Assembly: GCA_003510795.1 (NCBI GenBank)
Contig: DOKP01000084.1
Location: 1-33,865, forward strand
Reading direction: 5' to 3'
Length of the DNA stretch: 33,865 nt
Source: Candidatus Moraniibacteriota bacterium
GTDB lineage: Bacteria; Patescibacteriota; Minisyncoccia; Moranbacterales; UBA9337
The notes beneath the pieces were generated by a model. The model did not search any database. It was given only the letters and a program-made list of their open reading frames with translations, and had not been told where the DNA came from. Positions 14,688 through 24,155 of this stretch are shown piece after piece (the stretch's first letter is position 1; the number at the start of each line of letters is the position of its first letter). Made by a program: the position numbers and the translations under genes.

Positions 14688-15998
14688 TCATTCTTCTATT
14701 ACTCCCTCTGGCAATGTCAGACTCTTAACTTCTGGCAAAGCAGAGGCACCTATAATTCCCTGCAAATCTCCATACATGCCTGCCGTATTACTCACTACTC
14801 TCTCTATCTCCTGTTCCCTTTTCTTCCAAATCCTTTGAATAGCTCTTTTTTCTGAATCTAAATCACTTTTCATTCCAGTAAAAGCCAACACGATATTTTC
14901 AATTCTATTTTTAAATTGACTACCTGCTAAATACTCATAAAGCATTTCCATCTTTTCATTCTTACCTAAAGAAGATTGTTTTACCTGAAATACATCATAT
15001 AATGCCAATCTAAGAGCTGAAATGAGTGGTAAGGCATGAGTGTATTCGCAAACCCACACACCATCAACATTGGCAAAATAATTAACACCTTCTGGCATAA
15101 TCCTACTGACCAAAATGCACACATCCGCCTTCGCTATTCCCTGGTCTTCTTTTGCTTTTTTTAGCCAATCATTACTCCAATTTTTAGTATTCTTAGATTC
15201 CCACAAAACTTTACCGCACTTTATTCCAAATTGTGAGTTAACTGTTTGTATCAAGTCACCGCCCCTTATTCCAGTTGGGACATCCTCGATGATATCGATG
15301 GGGAAATTATTTTTTATCATTTGCATCAATTCATTTTCTTGGACATCTCCTTGAATTTGCATTGAGCCCTGCTCACTTTTTCTTTTTAAATCTTCAATGG
15401 TTTTTCTCATTTGTTCCATTTGCTTTTCTTTCTCTAATAGCTTCATTCTATGGCTTTCATCTGCCTCCTTTTTAACCTCTTCTGTTATTTTCTCACGCTC
15501 TTCATCCATTTTTCTTTGGAGCTCCAAATCAAGATTCTTCTTTTGAACTTCAACATCTCTCATTTTTTTTCTTAACTCAAGCTCCTTCTGTTCAGCTTTT
15601 TCTAATTTCTCTCCCTGCTCCTTGTTTTGATTTTCTAAATCCTTCAATTTCAAAGCTACATCTTCTTGAATTTTTTGCTCTGCCTTTTTTATTAATTCAC
15701 CTTTCTCCTTTTCAACCTCATGAGCAATTTTATTTTTTAGCCCCTCTCTTTCTTCTTCTAATTTACTTCGCTCTTCATCAGTTCTTTTTTTGACCTCATC
15801 TTCAATAGATTGCTTATCACTCTCTACTTTTTTCTTTTCTTTATTCAAATCTTCCTTTTCTTTTGTTATCTCATCAAGTATTTTTCTATTATCCTCATCT
15901 AGCTGACTTTTCACTTTCTCCTCAATTTGAGCAGAAAGAGTTTCGGTTAATGGAATTTTAGTTTTACATTTAGGGCAAACTATTGCTTGTTCTGTCAT
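14688..15998 (-). CDS. DUF2130-like protein: N-terminal zinc ribbon, long E/K coiled coil, C-terminal PD-(D/E)xK-like domain
   Basis: CPKCKTKIPL at the N-terminus, about 200 aa of coiled coil, then GGDLIQTV...GKVLWESKNTKNWSNDWLKKAKEDQ...ADVCILVS, which gives a D...ExK arrangement. Confidence 0.55.
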   Translation of the reverse strand: MTEQAIVCPKCKTKIPLTETLSAQIEEKVKSQLDEDNRKILDEITKEKEDLNKEKKKVESDKQSIEDEVKKRTDEERSKLEEEREGLKNKIAHEVEKEKGELIKKAEQKIQEDVALKLKDLENQNKEQGEKLEKAEQKELELRKKMRDVEVQKKNLDLELQRKMDEEREKITEEVKKEADESHRMKLLEKEKQMEQMRKTIEDLKRKSEQGSMQIQGDVQENELMQMIKNNFPIDIIEDVPTGIRGGDLIQTVNSQFGIKCGKVLWESKNTKNWSNDWLKKAKEDQGIAKADVCILVSRIMPEGVNYFANVDGVWVCEYTHALPLISALRLALYDVFQVKQSSLGKNEKMEMLYEYLAGSQFKNRIENIVLAFTGMKSDLDSEKRAIQRIWKKREQEIERVVSNTAGMYGDLQGIIGASALPEVKSLTLPEGVIEE

Positions 15999-16013
15999 AT
16001 TTTTTACAAATTA

Positions 16014-16035
16014 AAAATTAACTCATAATCTCAAA
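16014..16035. repeat. 22-nt exact direct repeat, copy 1 (intergenic)
   Basis: aaaaattaactcataatctcaa is identical to 18175-18196. Confidence 0.9.
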
Positions 16036-16048
16036 TAATTTTATTTCT

Positions 16049-16345
16049 TTAAAGATGTTTTTTGGCTACAGCAAATAATGCTCTCTCGATAATTGGAACT
16101 ATAACCAGGTTGCCAGTAATAAAGCCAATCACCAAGAGCATCAGTAACAATTTCCAGTTATAAAAAATAAGAAACAATGCTAGACCGAAAAATGACAACA
16201 CTGCGATATTTAACAAAAATTCAATAATGATATTTTTGTATATGAGAGGAATTTCTCCTATGCCCGCCTTTGCATATCTGCCATGTATCATCATAAGTCC
16301 CAGTAATAACAAAAAAGCGATTGAAATAAATATGTTAGTAATCAT
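16049..16345 (-). CDS. Small polytopic membrane protein (about 3 TM)
   Basis: 98 aa, almost entirely hydrophobic segments. Confidence 0.55.
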   Translation of the reverse strand: MITNIFISIAFLLLLGLMMIHGRYAKAGIGEIPLIYKNIIIEFLLNIAVLSFFGLALFLIFYNWKLLLMLLVIGFITGNLVIVPIIERALFAVAKKHL

Positions 16346-16373
16346 ATGATTATTCTCTAATTATATATACTAT

Positions 16374-17225
16374 CTATTCTCCTTTTTCCAACTCTGCTAA
16401 ACTTTTTCCATTTTCATCTTTCCATTTGTCCCGTCCAGTGTTAGCATAACTTAATATAATATTTGAAGCGGAACTTGGACTGTTGAAAATATAATCCCTT
16501 ATAAATACATAGCTATTTTTGTTTACCGAATCCAGTTCAATAATTTTCTCTTCAATTAAAAAATTCTTCATTTTTTTGCTGCTTGCCAATGTCGGTTCCG
16601 AAATAGAAGCAGTTGAGCCTTGTAACACTTCAAACCCCCCATCCACCTGTCTTCCCTTAGCATATACTCCAGCTCCTTTGCAAAATAATATGTCGCCTGA
16701 AGGTTCATTTTTTTCATTCACTTTTTCTCCATTTAAAATTGGCGAAAGTATCGGATAACCCAGGGCCGACATTAAAATTGAAAGATTGGAAAGATATTCA
16801 TTGGCTTCCGCTTCTTCTGCTTCGTTTAATTTTCTTGGTTTAGCATTGTTTTTATTTTCCAAAACACATCTCTTTTCCTTAACTGCCATTTCCAAACATT
16901 TATTTTCCAGATACTCAATGTTACCGCCAAAAAAAGCGATAACTATTTGCCAAAAATCCTTTTTATAATCGTGGTCAGTCAATCGTTCTTTCAAATTATT
17001 GGCTTTGCCTATATACACACGATGGAGTCCGCTTTCTTCTGGTTCGAGTGACAGAAGAAAATATACTGCTGGACTAAAAAATTCTTCTCGGCTAAAAAAC
17101 TCCCTTAACTTGTTTCTGGGGACTGAAACAGCTTTACCGCTCCAATTACTTATCTCAATGGTTTTCATCCCCATCGGATTTCCTTCAGCTAAAAAAATCT
17201 TTATTGTTTTTGGTGTGCTTAGCAT
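16374..17225 (-). CDS. GIY-YIG-like N-terminal domain plus DUF4357 C-terminal domain protein
   Basis: VYFLL...RVYIGKANNLKERLTDH is GIY-YIG-like. The C-terminus GGFEVLQGS...FIRDYIFNSPSSASNIILSYANTGRDKWKDENGKSLAEL is DUF4357-like. The ATG at 17225 is preferred over the TTG at 17261. Confidence 0.7.
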   Translation of the reverse strand: MLSTPKTIKIFLAEGNPMGMKTIEISNWSGKAVSVPRNKLREFFSREEFFSPAVYFLLSLEPEESGLHRVYIGKANNLKERLTDHDYKKDFWQIVIAFFGGNIEYLENKCLEMAVKEKRCVLENKNNAKPRKLNEAEEAEANEYLSNLSILMSALGYPILSPILNGEKVNEKNEPSGDILFCKGAGVYAKGRQVDGGFEVLQGSTASISEPTLASSKKMKNFLIEEKIIELDSVNKNSYVFIRDYIFNSPSSASNIILSYANTGRDKWKDENGKSLAELEKGE

Positions 17226-17229
17226 AGTT

Positions 17230-17448
17230 TTAATTATTTTTCGTGACCGAATATGGAACAACTATAATCATTTTTTCGCATCTCGGACAAGATAAATCAA
17301 AATTAATTGTTGATTCTTCGTCGTAGTCTTCTCTTAAAGCATCTTTCGGCAACCCACCCCAGGGGCAAACGGGACATTTAATTATTTCGTTCTTATCATA
17401 TTCTTCATATGGGACGACTTTTGCTTGAACATCTTTTTCTTCAAACAT
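17230..17448 (-). CDS. Small zinc-ribbon protein
   Basis: 72 aa with CPVC...CPRC. Its stop is 4 nt before the next ATG. Confidence 0.5.
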   Translation of the reverse strand: MFEEKDVQAKVVPYEEYDKNEIIKCPVCPWGGLPKDALREDYDEESTINFDLSCPRCEKMIIVVPYSVTKNN

Positions 17449-17488
17449 ATGTTTATCATTAAAACTATTTTTAAAATTTAAATCATAA

Positions 17489-18160
17489 TTAATAATTACT
17501 AATTATTTTTACATCTTGACCAATTTCCACTATTTCTGAACTTTCTGGAGCACTGCTTCTATAAATCTTTGCATATTCGTCACTAGTCTCCTTGGCTAAT
17601 TCTACAACCCTTTCCAAGTAATCAACGCTACTATCTCTTTCAATATAAAATATATTTTTGCCATTATTCAAGGCTTCTTTGATTTTTATCTCCACATCTT
17701 CATATGATAAATTTTCAGTTATGGAAGTCTCTGGCTCATACTTCAGATCATTTGCAATGTGCGGAGTTATAACTGCAAATCCTGCTGGGGGGAATTGTTC
17801 CAAAATCAATCTAAAGCGGTCATCCCGAAGTGAATTATCCAAAACATAAAAAATACGAATTCCTCGTTGGCTCATTTCCCAAAATAATCTATGCAAAACA
17901 ATTGATATGTATCCATTTGTATGGACTCCCACCTCATTCCATTTCATAGCAGACCTGTAAAGTTGGTCAGTCATCTCTGCTATAAGTTTTTTATTTTCAA
18001 CAGCATCGTTACTTAAATTTGCGACAACATCTTTAGAAAATTTCTCCAAAGATTCGGCAATCTCCATTGCTTCTTCTGGGCTTGAATTTTTCATGTTACC
18101 AATGAATTCATCCATATTTAAGATTAAATCCATCACATTTTTTGGTTCAATTTTATTCAT
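17489..18160 (-). CDS. Hypothetical protein
   Basis: 223 aa with no motif I recognise. A candidate TTGAGA-N18-TAATAT promoter lies in the res 3' end, with the -10 only 6 nt from the ATG. Confidence 0.5.
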   Translation of the reverse strand: MNKIEPKNVMDLILNMDEFIGNMKNSSPEEAMEIAESLEKFSKDVVANLSNDAVENKKLIAEMTDQLYRSAMKWNEVGVHTNGYISIVLHRLFWEMSQRGIRIFYVLDNSLRDDRFRLILEQFPPAGFAVITPHIANDLKYEPETSITENLSYEDVEIKIKEALNNGKNIFYIERDSSVDYLERVVELAKETSDEYAKIYRSSAPESSEIVEIGQDVKIISNY

Positions 18161-18174
18161 TATGATATATTAAA

Positions 18175-18196
18175 AAAAATTAACTCATAATCTCAA
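18175..18196. repeat. 22-nt exact direct repeat, copy 2 (covers the res stop codon and the last codons)
   Basis: Identical to 16014-16035. Confidence 0.9.
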
Positions 18197-20924
18197 GTAC
18201 CTTTTCAACTCTTTTAAATTTAACGTCATTCAATTGTTTGAAATGTTTCTCTCCACAATAAATCTTCTGCTCCTCACTTTTTCTAAGTTCTCCTTTTGAT
18301 TTTGTTTCCGCTACAAAGTAAATCTTTTTATCATTTTCCAATACTATCGCCCAGTCTGGATTATATGAACCAATTGGTGTTTGAATCTTAAACCAATAAG
18401 GTAATTTAAAATAAAATTTAACTTCTTCAATTGACTCTAAATCCTTAGCAAACTGACCTTCTACACTGGAATGGGAATCTACTATGATATGGTCGTAAAG
18501 TGTTTTTTCTTCATTTTGAACCTTAACTACATTATCTAGATAGCTATGCAATTCATCATTTTCAAATAACTCCATCGCATAAAAACTATTTTCACCTTTC
18601 AATTTCTCGTATTTAATACCATCAATCATTAATTTTTCCAGTCCTTGTTTGATAATATTAGTAGCAAAATCCATAAACTGCTGTGGATTTTTATCTATCT
18701 CGTTACCCTTGCCCGACTCCTGAATAATTTTTAATATCGTATCTTTAGTAAGTTTTGTTTTATTTTGAATATAGCCTAAAATATCTGGAATCATTTTATT
18801 ATTCGTACCATATTCTATTTTCTTCTCACTCACGCTGGAAAGCATAGTCGTAACGCCTTCACTTGTAATGCCGACCTTCGCCTTAAGACTGACAATTTTT
18901 GGAGCGATTATGTCTACTTTAGCAAGCTCTGCTCCAACTAACTTAACCAGCTCTTCAGTTTTGTACTCCACTCGATATTGTGTCTTGTGTTTTATTTTTT
19001 CCCATAGCTCTTTAAAATTTTCATTTAGTTTATATGCTTTTGTAAGCCTTACTTTCACTTCTCTTCTCTTATTTTTAATCCGTCCACCAAACTCAACACT
19101 GCAATCATCCTCAATTTCAGTCTGAAGTTTTTTGGCAAAATCCTCATATCTCTCATTGGCAATAACAGTTAACACATTTATGTTATCATCAAAGATTCTT
19201 TGTCCATCTTGATTAACAGGGAGACGAAGTCCTCTTCCTATTTCTTGACGTTTTTTAATTTCGCTTTGTGTTTCGTTAAGTGTGCAAATTTGAAACACAT
19301 TAGGATTATCCCATCCCTCACGAAGAGCAGAATGTGAAAAGATAAAGCGAAGTGGCTCTTTGGCTGATAATAATCGTTCTTTATCTTTCATAATCAACGA
19401 ATATGTATCATTATCCAAAATACTATCACCTTTCGTATCTTTTAATTGTCCTTTTTTGTCTTGTGAAAAATATCCGCCATGTACTTCTTCAGCTGAATTG
19501 AAAGTTATGCCAGCAAAAATAGGATTAACTTTTACCTCATTAAATATCTCTTCAAACCACTCGGCAATCTTTCCCTTTTTAACTATGCTATCTGCATACT
19601 CTCTGTAATTTGCTACTCTATCGATAAAAAATAATGATAGTACCTTTATGCCCTTATCTTTAAGCCTCTTTTCTTTTTCGAAATGATTAACGATAGTCTG
19701 CCTTATTTGAAGCTTCATTATGTCTTCCTTGAATCCTCCCCAGCTTTCACCCACAAAGATTGTTTTTCCATTGGAAAATGTAATTGACTGAGCTGTTATA
19801 TCTACCGCGTCAACGACATAATCTTTATATATTTCTCGCTCACCTGATAGCTTATGTAAATCACACTCAGTTCTGGTTCTAGATGATTTTTTGATAGTTA
19901 CAGTTTTTCTTTTAATTCCAGTCTTTTCATTCACATCAATTTTAAGCTTCACGCAAATAGCATTTTTCTGAGATGCCACTGATTCCAACTCTATATAAGG
20001 ATCATTTTGATTGTTTTCCTCTAAAACCGAATCCACTTCAATCTTTTTTACCAATCCCAAATCATAAGCTCTTACTGGGTCTAATTTATAAATTAAATTA
20101 TAATGATGTTTGTGTGTAGCTGAATAACGAAGAGTACAAAGAGGATGAAGATTGGCAATTGCTCGCTTTCTGATTTCCGTTTCCATATTTTGCGGTTCAT
20201 CCACAATTACAATAGGCTTTACTGCTTGGATATATTCTATCGGCACGCCCCAATCACTTTTTTGATATATAATATTGCCTTTCTTCTTCTCTTGGCTAAA
20301 TTTAGCAAAAGAATCAATATTAATAACCACTATTTGAATTGAGTTGTTTGTAGCAAAGTTTTTAAGCAATCCCCTCTTTTTAGGGTCATATACATAAAAG
20401 TCCATTTCTGGATTATCATAAAGAACATTAAAATGCTCCTTAGTAATTTCTAAGTTTTTTATAACACCTTCTTTGATGGCAATGCTGGGAACAACGATAA
20501 TAAATTTTTTAAATCCGTATTTTTTATTTAACTCATGAATGGTTCGTAAGTATACATAAGTCTTTCCAGTTCCAGTTTCCATTTCAATCGAAAAATTTAA
20601 ACCATCTTTGAGTTTTTGCGAAGATTCACCATATCTTCTTTCTCCATATTTAAAAGTTCCAAATCTAGTGCTTAAGTTTTCAATGTCGGACTTTTCTAAT
20701 TTATTTTGCTCTTGAATTCTGTGAAGATTTTTAATTATTTCAGCTTCCTTAACTAACAAATTATTCCCTACTACAAATCCGCCATCGATAATCATCTGAC
20801 CGCTATCTCTTTTTATCTCCAATTCAAAATCTCCCTTGCTTAGAGGTTGACCATTAAATAAACCCACAACTGAGTTTATCGCGTCTATTTGGTATTGTTG
20901 ATTTGAATCAAATTGTAGCTTCAT
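18180..20924 (-). CDS. res: Type III restriction enzyme, Res subunit (SF2 helicase plus C-terminal PD-(D/E)xK nuclease)
   Basis: METGTGKTYVY (motif I), IVIVDEPQNM (motif II), QEIGRGLRL (motif VI) and NPDWAIV...FVAETKS (PD...ExK). Confidence 0.85.
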   Translation of the reverse strand: MKLQFDSNQQYQIDAINSVVGLFNGQPLSKGDFELEIKRDSGQMIIDGGFVVGNNLLVKEAEIIKNLHRIQEQNKLEKSDIENLSTRFGTFKYGERRYGESSQKLKDGLNFSIEMETGTGKTYVYLRTIHELNKKYGFKKFIIVVPSIAIKEGVIKNLEITKEHFNVLYDNPEMDFYVYDPKKRGLLKNFATNNSIQIVVINIDSFAKFSQEKKKGNIIYQKSDWGVPIEYIQAVKPIVIVDEPQNMETEIRKRAIANLHPLCTLRYSATHKHHYNLIYKLDPVRAYDLGLVKKIEVDSVLEENNQNDPYIELESVASQKNAICVKLKIDVNEKTGIKRKTVTIKKSSRTRTECDLHKLSGEREIYKDYVVDAVDITAQSITFSNGKTIFVGESWGGFKEDIMKLQIRQTIVNHFEKEKRLKDKGIKVLSLFFIDRVANYREYADSIVKKGKIAEWFEEIFNEVKVNPIFAGITFNSAEEVHGGYFSQDKKGQLKDTKGDSILDNDTYSLIMKDKERLLSAKEPLRFIFSHSALREGWDNPNVFQICTLNETQSEIKKRQEIGRGLRLPVNQDGQRIFDDNINVLTVIANERYEDFAKKLQTEIEDDCSVEFGGRIKNKRREVKVRLTKAYKLNENFKELWEKIKHKTQYRVEYKTEELVKLVGAELAKVDIIAPKIVSLKAKVGITSEGVTTMLSSVSEKKIEYGTNNKMIPDILGYIQNKTKLTKDTILKIIQESGKGNEIDKNPQQFMDFATNIIKQGLEKLMIDGIKYEKLKGENSFYAMELFENDELHSYLDNVVKVQNEEKTLYDHIIVDSHSSVEGQFAKDLESIEEVKFYFKLPYWFKIQTPIGSYNPDWAIVLENDKKIYFVAETKSKGELRKSEEQKIYCGEKHFKQLNDVKFKRVEKVLEIMS

Positions 20925-20930
20925 AGAAGT

Positions 20931-21938
20931 CTATCTCAAAATTGTTATTTTTCTATCTAAATTAAGTTTTGGCTTCTTTGTTTTTTTATCTATTATTAAT
21001 TCTATATTTTCTGATATCCAGCCAGATTCTATTTCCTCCTCAAAACTTGATATTTTAGATAAATTTTCAAATCCTCGTTTGTACTCTATTTTCATACCTA
21101 GTGCTATTCCCAATTCTATAAAAATAAGATAAGATTCTTCCGTTTCATCATAAATATAAAAGTTTTCAATATCTATAAAATCTATATCAAAATCGATGAC
21201 TTCATATTCATCATATTTAGTACCACAATCGCTATCAGTATTCTTATCAAACACATCGTTTGCTATTAATTCGTAAATATGGTTACGGACAGCGTCACTT
21301 TCAATAAAAGTGTCAAGATACTCTCCATCTAAAAATTCAAGCTTTTTTCCATGCATTGATAAAAATTCTTCCAGAGAATTAAAAAACTCTATTGATAATT
21401 CTCTAGATTTTAAGTCAGCCAAAAGCTCCTCTTTGAGAACTGAACTTCCAAAAGCTTTCTTGTCGTTAGAAATAAAACAAATTTTCTCACTCTTCGGAAT
21501 ACTCTTAGCTATTTCCAAAACTGCAAACCATATTAATGAATCCCTAAAGCCTCTACCAGTGGAGTCAAAAGGGGTTTCTTTTTTAATAGCTCTCTTTATT
21601 ATCTCAGGATAAGAAATGTCTAATTTTTCCAAAGCCACTTCATCTATAATATCCTTATATATATTTATATGATTTTCTATATATTTTTCAAACTCTTTAA
21701 TAAAGCTTGAGCTATCAATAAAATTTGGTTTTCTAGCAAAAACTTTTACAGAAGAATTATGAGCTAGAACAAATTTTCCAACTTCTTCTTTATATTTTTG
21801 CAACAACTCATCTTTAACAACGGAAATTAAAAATAACTTAGAGCTAGTTTTTGGCAAGTAATCGAACAAACCAATAAACTTAGGAGAATTAAAAAAGTAA
21901 TTGTTGTAATATATATTTGTATCTAAAATCACATTCAT
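20931..21938 (-). CDS. PIN-like (DUF4935-type) domain protein inserted between mod and res
   Basis: MNVILDTNIYYNNYFFNSPKF...LISVVKDEL resembles the N-terminus of PIN-like DUF4935 proteins. The ORF track extends to a TTG at 21959. The stop is 6 nt before the res ATG. Confidence 0.55.
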   Translation of the reverse strand: MNVILDTNIYYNNYFFNSPKFIGLFDYLPKTSSKLFLISVVKDELLQKYKEEVGKFVLAHNSSVKVFARKPNFIDSSSFIKEFEKYIENHINIYKDIIDEVALEKLDISYPEIIKRAIKKETPFDSTGRGFRDSLIWFAVLEIAKSIPKSEKICFISNDKKAFGSSVLKEELLADLKSRELSIEFFNSLEEFLSMHGKKLEFLDGEYLDTFIESDAVRNHIYELIANDVFDKNTDSDCGTKYDEYEVIDFDIDFIDIENFYIYDETEESYLIFIELGIALGMKIEYKRGFENLSKISSFEEEIESGWISENIELIIDKKTKKPKLNLDRKITILR

Positions 21939-22037
21939 AATAATATTGAGTATATTCAATAAATAATTTAATCAGGCTAAACTAATAGTTTTCGTTCTTC
22001 CCTAAAACAGTTAAAATTCTTACTTGTAAACATGTTT

Positions 22038-23948
22038 TTATATAACTTTAAAATCAATCTTCTCCTGCTCCATCTGGAGGGAAATATTGGTTTTAAGCTG
22101 GTCATTATTTTGAAAACACCCATCTAGACAGATAAACTTTTCTGGTTTTGATTTTTGAATTTCCTCTGCCATCTCTTCAGTTATTTTTTTCCCAAGATAC
22201 ACGATTAGTTTTCCACCGTCCAATAAGTAATATTTATCATCTGCGAATTTTTTTTCTTCAATTGAGATATTCAAGTCTAATCCGCTTTTTAGAATTAACT
22301 CAAATAAGATATTTTCTTCTTTACTTCCACTCTTAATATTATCTACAAAATCCGCCATATTGCCTAATAGACTTTCAGAATTTTCAAATTTACCCTGCCA
22401 AATTTTGAAGTTAGATTTATCTAATTTTAAAGACTTGAATCCCAAATCAATATTGCTTTTATTTTCCTTTCCAATTTTATCTCCAGCTCGTCTAATTCTC
22501 TCTTTTCCAATCTCCGCAATATTTTTATATCCTGCTTTATATGCCTCGCTTCCTTCATCACAAAGTTCTGGAAGCTGAACACAAATCCACTTTCTGTCCC
22601 CCTTGTCTTTTGCGTTCTGCTCCATAACTGCGTGGGCGGTAGTTCCAGAGCCAGCAAAAAAATCCGCTATTAAATCAGAGTTTTTGGAAGCAATACTTAT
22701 TAAATGCCGAATTAAATCTGTTGGCTTTGGATATGAAAATGGCATTTCATTATTAAATAATTTCTTTAATTCTTTTTTTCCATCACCTGTCGATGCTATA
22801 TTTACCAACAGTGATGTTGGTATTCTTCCATATGACAATAAATTGCCGTATTCATCTTTAATTATTTCCTCTTTCTTTTCATTTATATATTGTTTATACA
22901 TAACCCTCCATTCTTTTTCACCATTCTCTGGTTCGAAAAAAACTATTCTATTATTTTCAGTTCTCCAATCAAAACGATTCTTATCGCATCTCCACCTGTG
23001 CTCTCTGCCATTTAAAATTGTTCCATCTGGACAAGTTATGTCGTAATGTAATCCGGGCCTATCGCCAATACTAAAGTCATTTAAATTTCTCAGTCGGAAT
23101 TTTCCTCGCGTTTTAATATATTCATCTTCCAATACATAGCCCTTTAACATATCTTGAGATGGTAGTAAGTTGTAGAAAAAACTATTTTCTAAATTTTTAG
23201 TGTAACACAATATATATTCGTGAGTTATTGCTATGTACTTATTGTCATTTTGGGTTCCTGCACCTTTTTGCCATACTAATTGAGCTACAAAATTTTCTTC
23301 TCCAAATATCTCATCCATTATTGTTCTAAGATTTTTCACTTCATTATCATCAATAGACACAAAAATAACCCCATCTTGCTTAAGAAGATTTCTAGCTAAA
23401 AATAATCTCGGATACATCATGTTGAGCCAATTGGAATGATAGTGCCCACTGTCTTTTGCATTTCTTGAGAGCCCATCCACTCGAAGAGTGTTTCCAATAT
23501 CATCTTTTTCTCCAATTGATTCTAAATATTCATCTCTATTCTCTTGAAATTTGTCGTTATAGATAAAATCATTCCCAGTATTGTAAGGTGGGTCTATATA
23601 AATCATCTTTATTTTTCCATAATAAGAACGCTGAAGAACCTTGAGAACTTCAAGGTTATCGCCCTCTATGAAAAGATTTTGTGTCTGGTCAAAATCAAAC
23701 GATTCATCCTTGGCTGGTTTTAATGTTGCGGTAGTTTGCTCCTGAATTACTTTAAAGCAATTATTTTTACCAGCCCAACTCAATCCATATCTTTCATTAC
23801 TATCATCCACTTCCTCACCTAGCGTTTGTTTAAGCTTTTTACAGTCAATCTTTCCTTCTGAAAAAATCTCTGGCAAATCCGATTTAAGAAAGCTTAATAT
23901 TTCTTCTTGTTTATTTAAAGATGAGCCCTCAATCTTATTTTTATCCAT
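22038..23948 (-). CDS. mod: Type III R-M DNA methyltransferase, Mod subunit (beta-class N6A/N4C)
   Basis: IYIDPPYNTGNDF (motif IV) precedes DFFAGSGTTAHAV (motif I), with a variable region between them. Confidence 0.85.
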   Translation of the reverse strand: MDKNKIEGSSLNKQEEILSFLKSDLPEIFSEGKIDCKKLKQTLGEEVDDSNERYGLSWAGKNNCFKVIQEQTTATLKPAKDESFDFDQTQNLFIEGDNLEVLKVLQRSYYGKIKMIYIDPPYNTGNDFIYNDKFQENRDEYLESIGEKDDIGNTLRVDGLSRNAKDSGHYHSNWLNMMYPRLFLARNLLKQDGVIFVSIDDNEVKNLRTIMDEIFGEENFVAQLVWQKGAGTQNDNKYIAITHEYILCYTKNLENSFFYNLLPSQDMLKGYVLEDEYIKTRGKFRLRNLNDFSIGDRPGLHYDITCPDGTILNGREHRWRCDKNRFDWRTENNRIVFFEPENGEKEWRVMYKQYINEKKEEIIKDEYGNLLSYGRIPTSLLVNIASTGDGKKELKKLFNNEMPFSYPKPTDLIRHLISIASKNSDLIADFFAGSGTTAHAVMEQNAKDKGDRKWICVQLPELCDEGSEAYKAGYKNIAEIGKERIRRAGDKIGKENKSNIDLGFKSLKLDKSNFKIWQGKFENSESLLGNMADFVDNIKSGSKEENILFELILKSGLDLNISIEEKKFADDKYYLLDGGKLIVYLGKKITEEMAEEIQKSKPEKFICLDGCFQNNDQLKTNISLQMEQEKIDFKVI

Positions 23949-24070
23949 ATTTTATAATATATATTGTAAATTTATGTATTTTTATAATACCGCCATACAG
24001 CTATAAAGTAAAGAAATTAAGCCTCCAATACGCCAAATTTTAGCTTTTGTGCGATTCTTTGTCGTAATTA

Positions 24071-24092
24071 GTAAAAGCTATATAGCTTTTAC
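24071..24092. promoter_or_regulatory. Perfect 22-bp palindrome between the upstream operon and mod
   Basis: gtaaaagctat/atagcttttac. This may be a second terminator or an operator, and lies about 125 bp upstream of the mod ATG. Confidence 0.35.
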
Positions 24093-24105
24093 TCTTTTTA
24101 TACAC

Positions 24106-24132
24106 AAACAGCCAGTTTTTAGCTGGCTGTTT
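24106..24132 (-). terminator. Intrinsic (bidirectional-looking) terminator after 24156..25010
   Basis: aaacagccag pairs with ctggctgttt around a small loop, with U/T-rich sequence on both sides. Confidence 0.6.
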
Positions 24133-24155
24133 TCATTTTCAAATTACATTCATTA

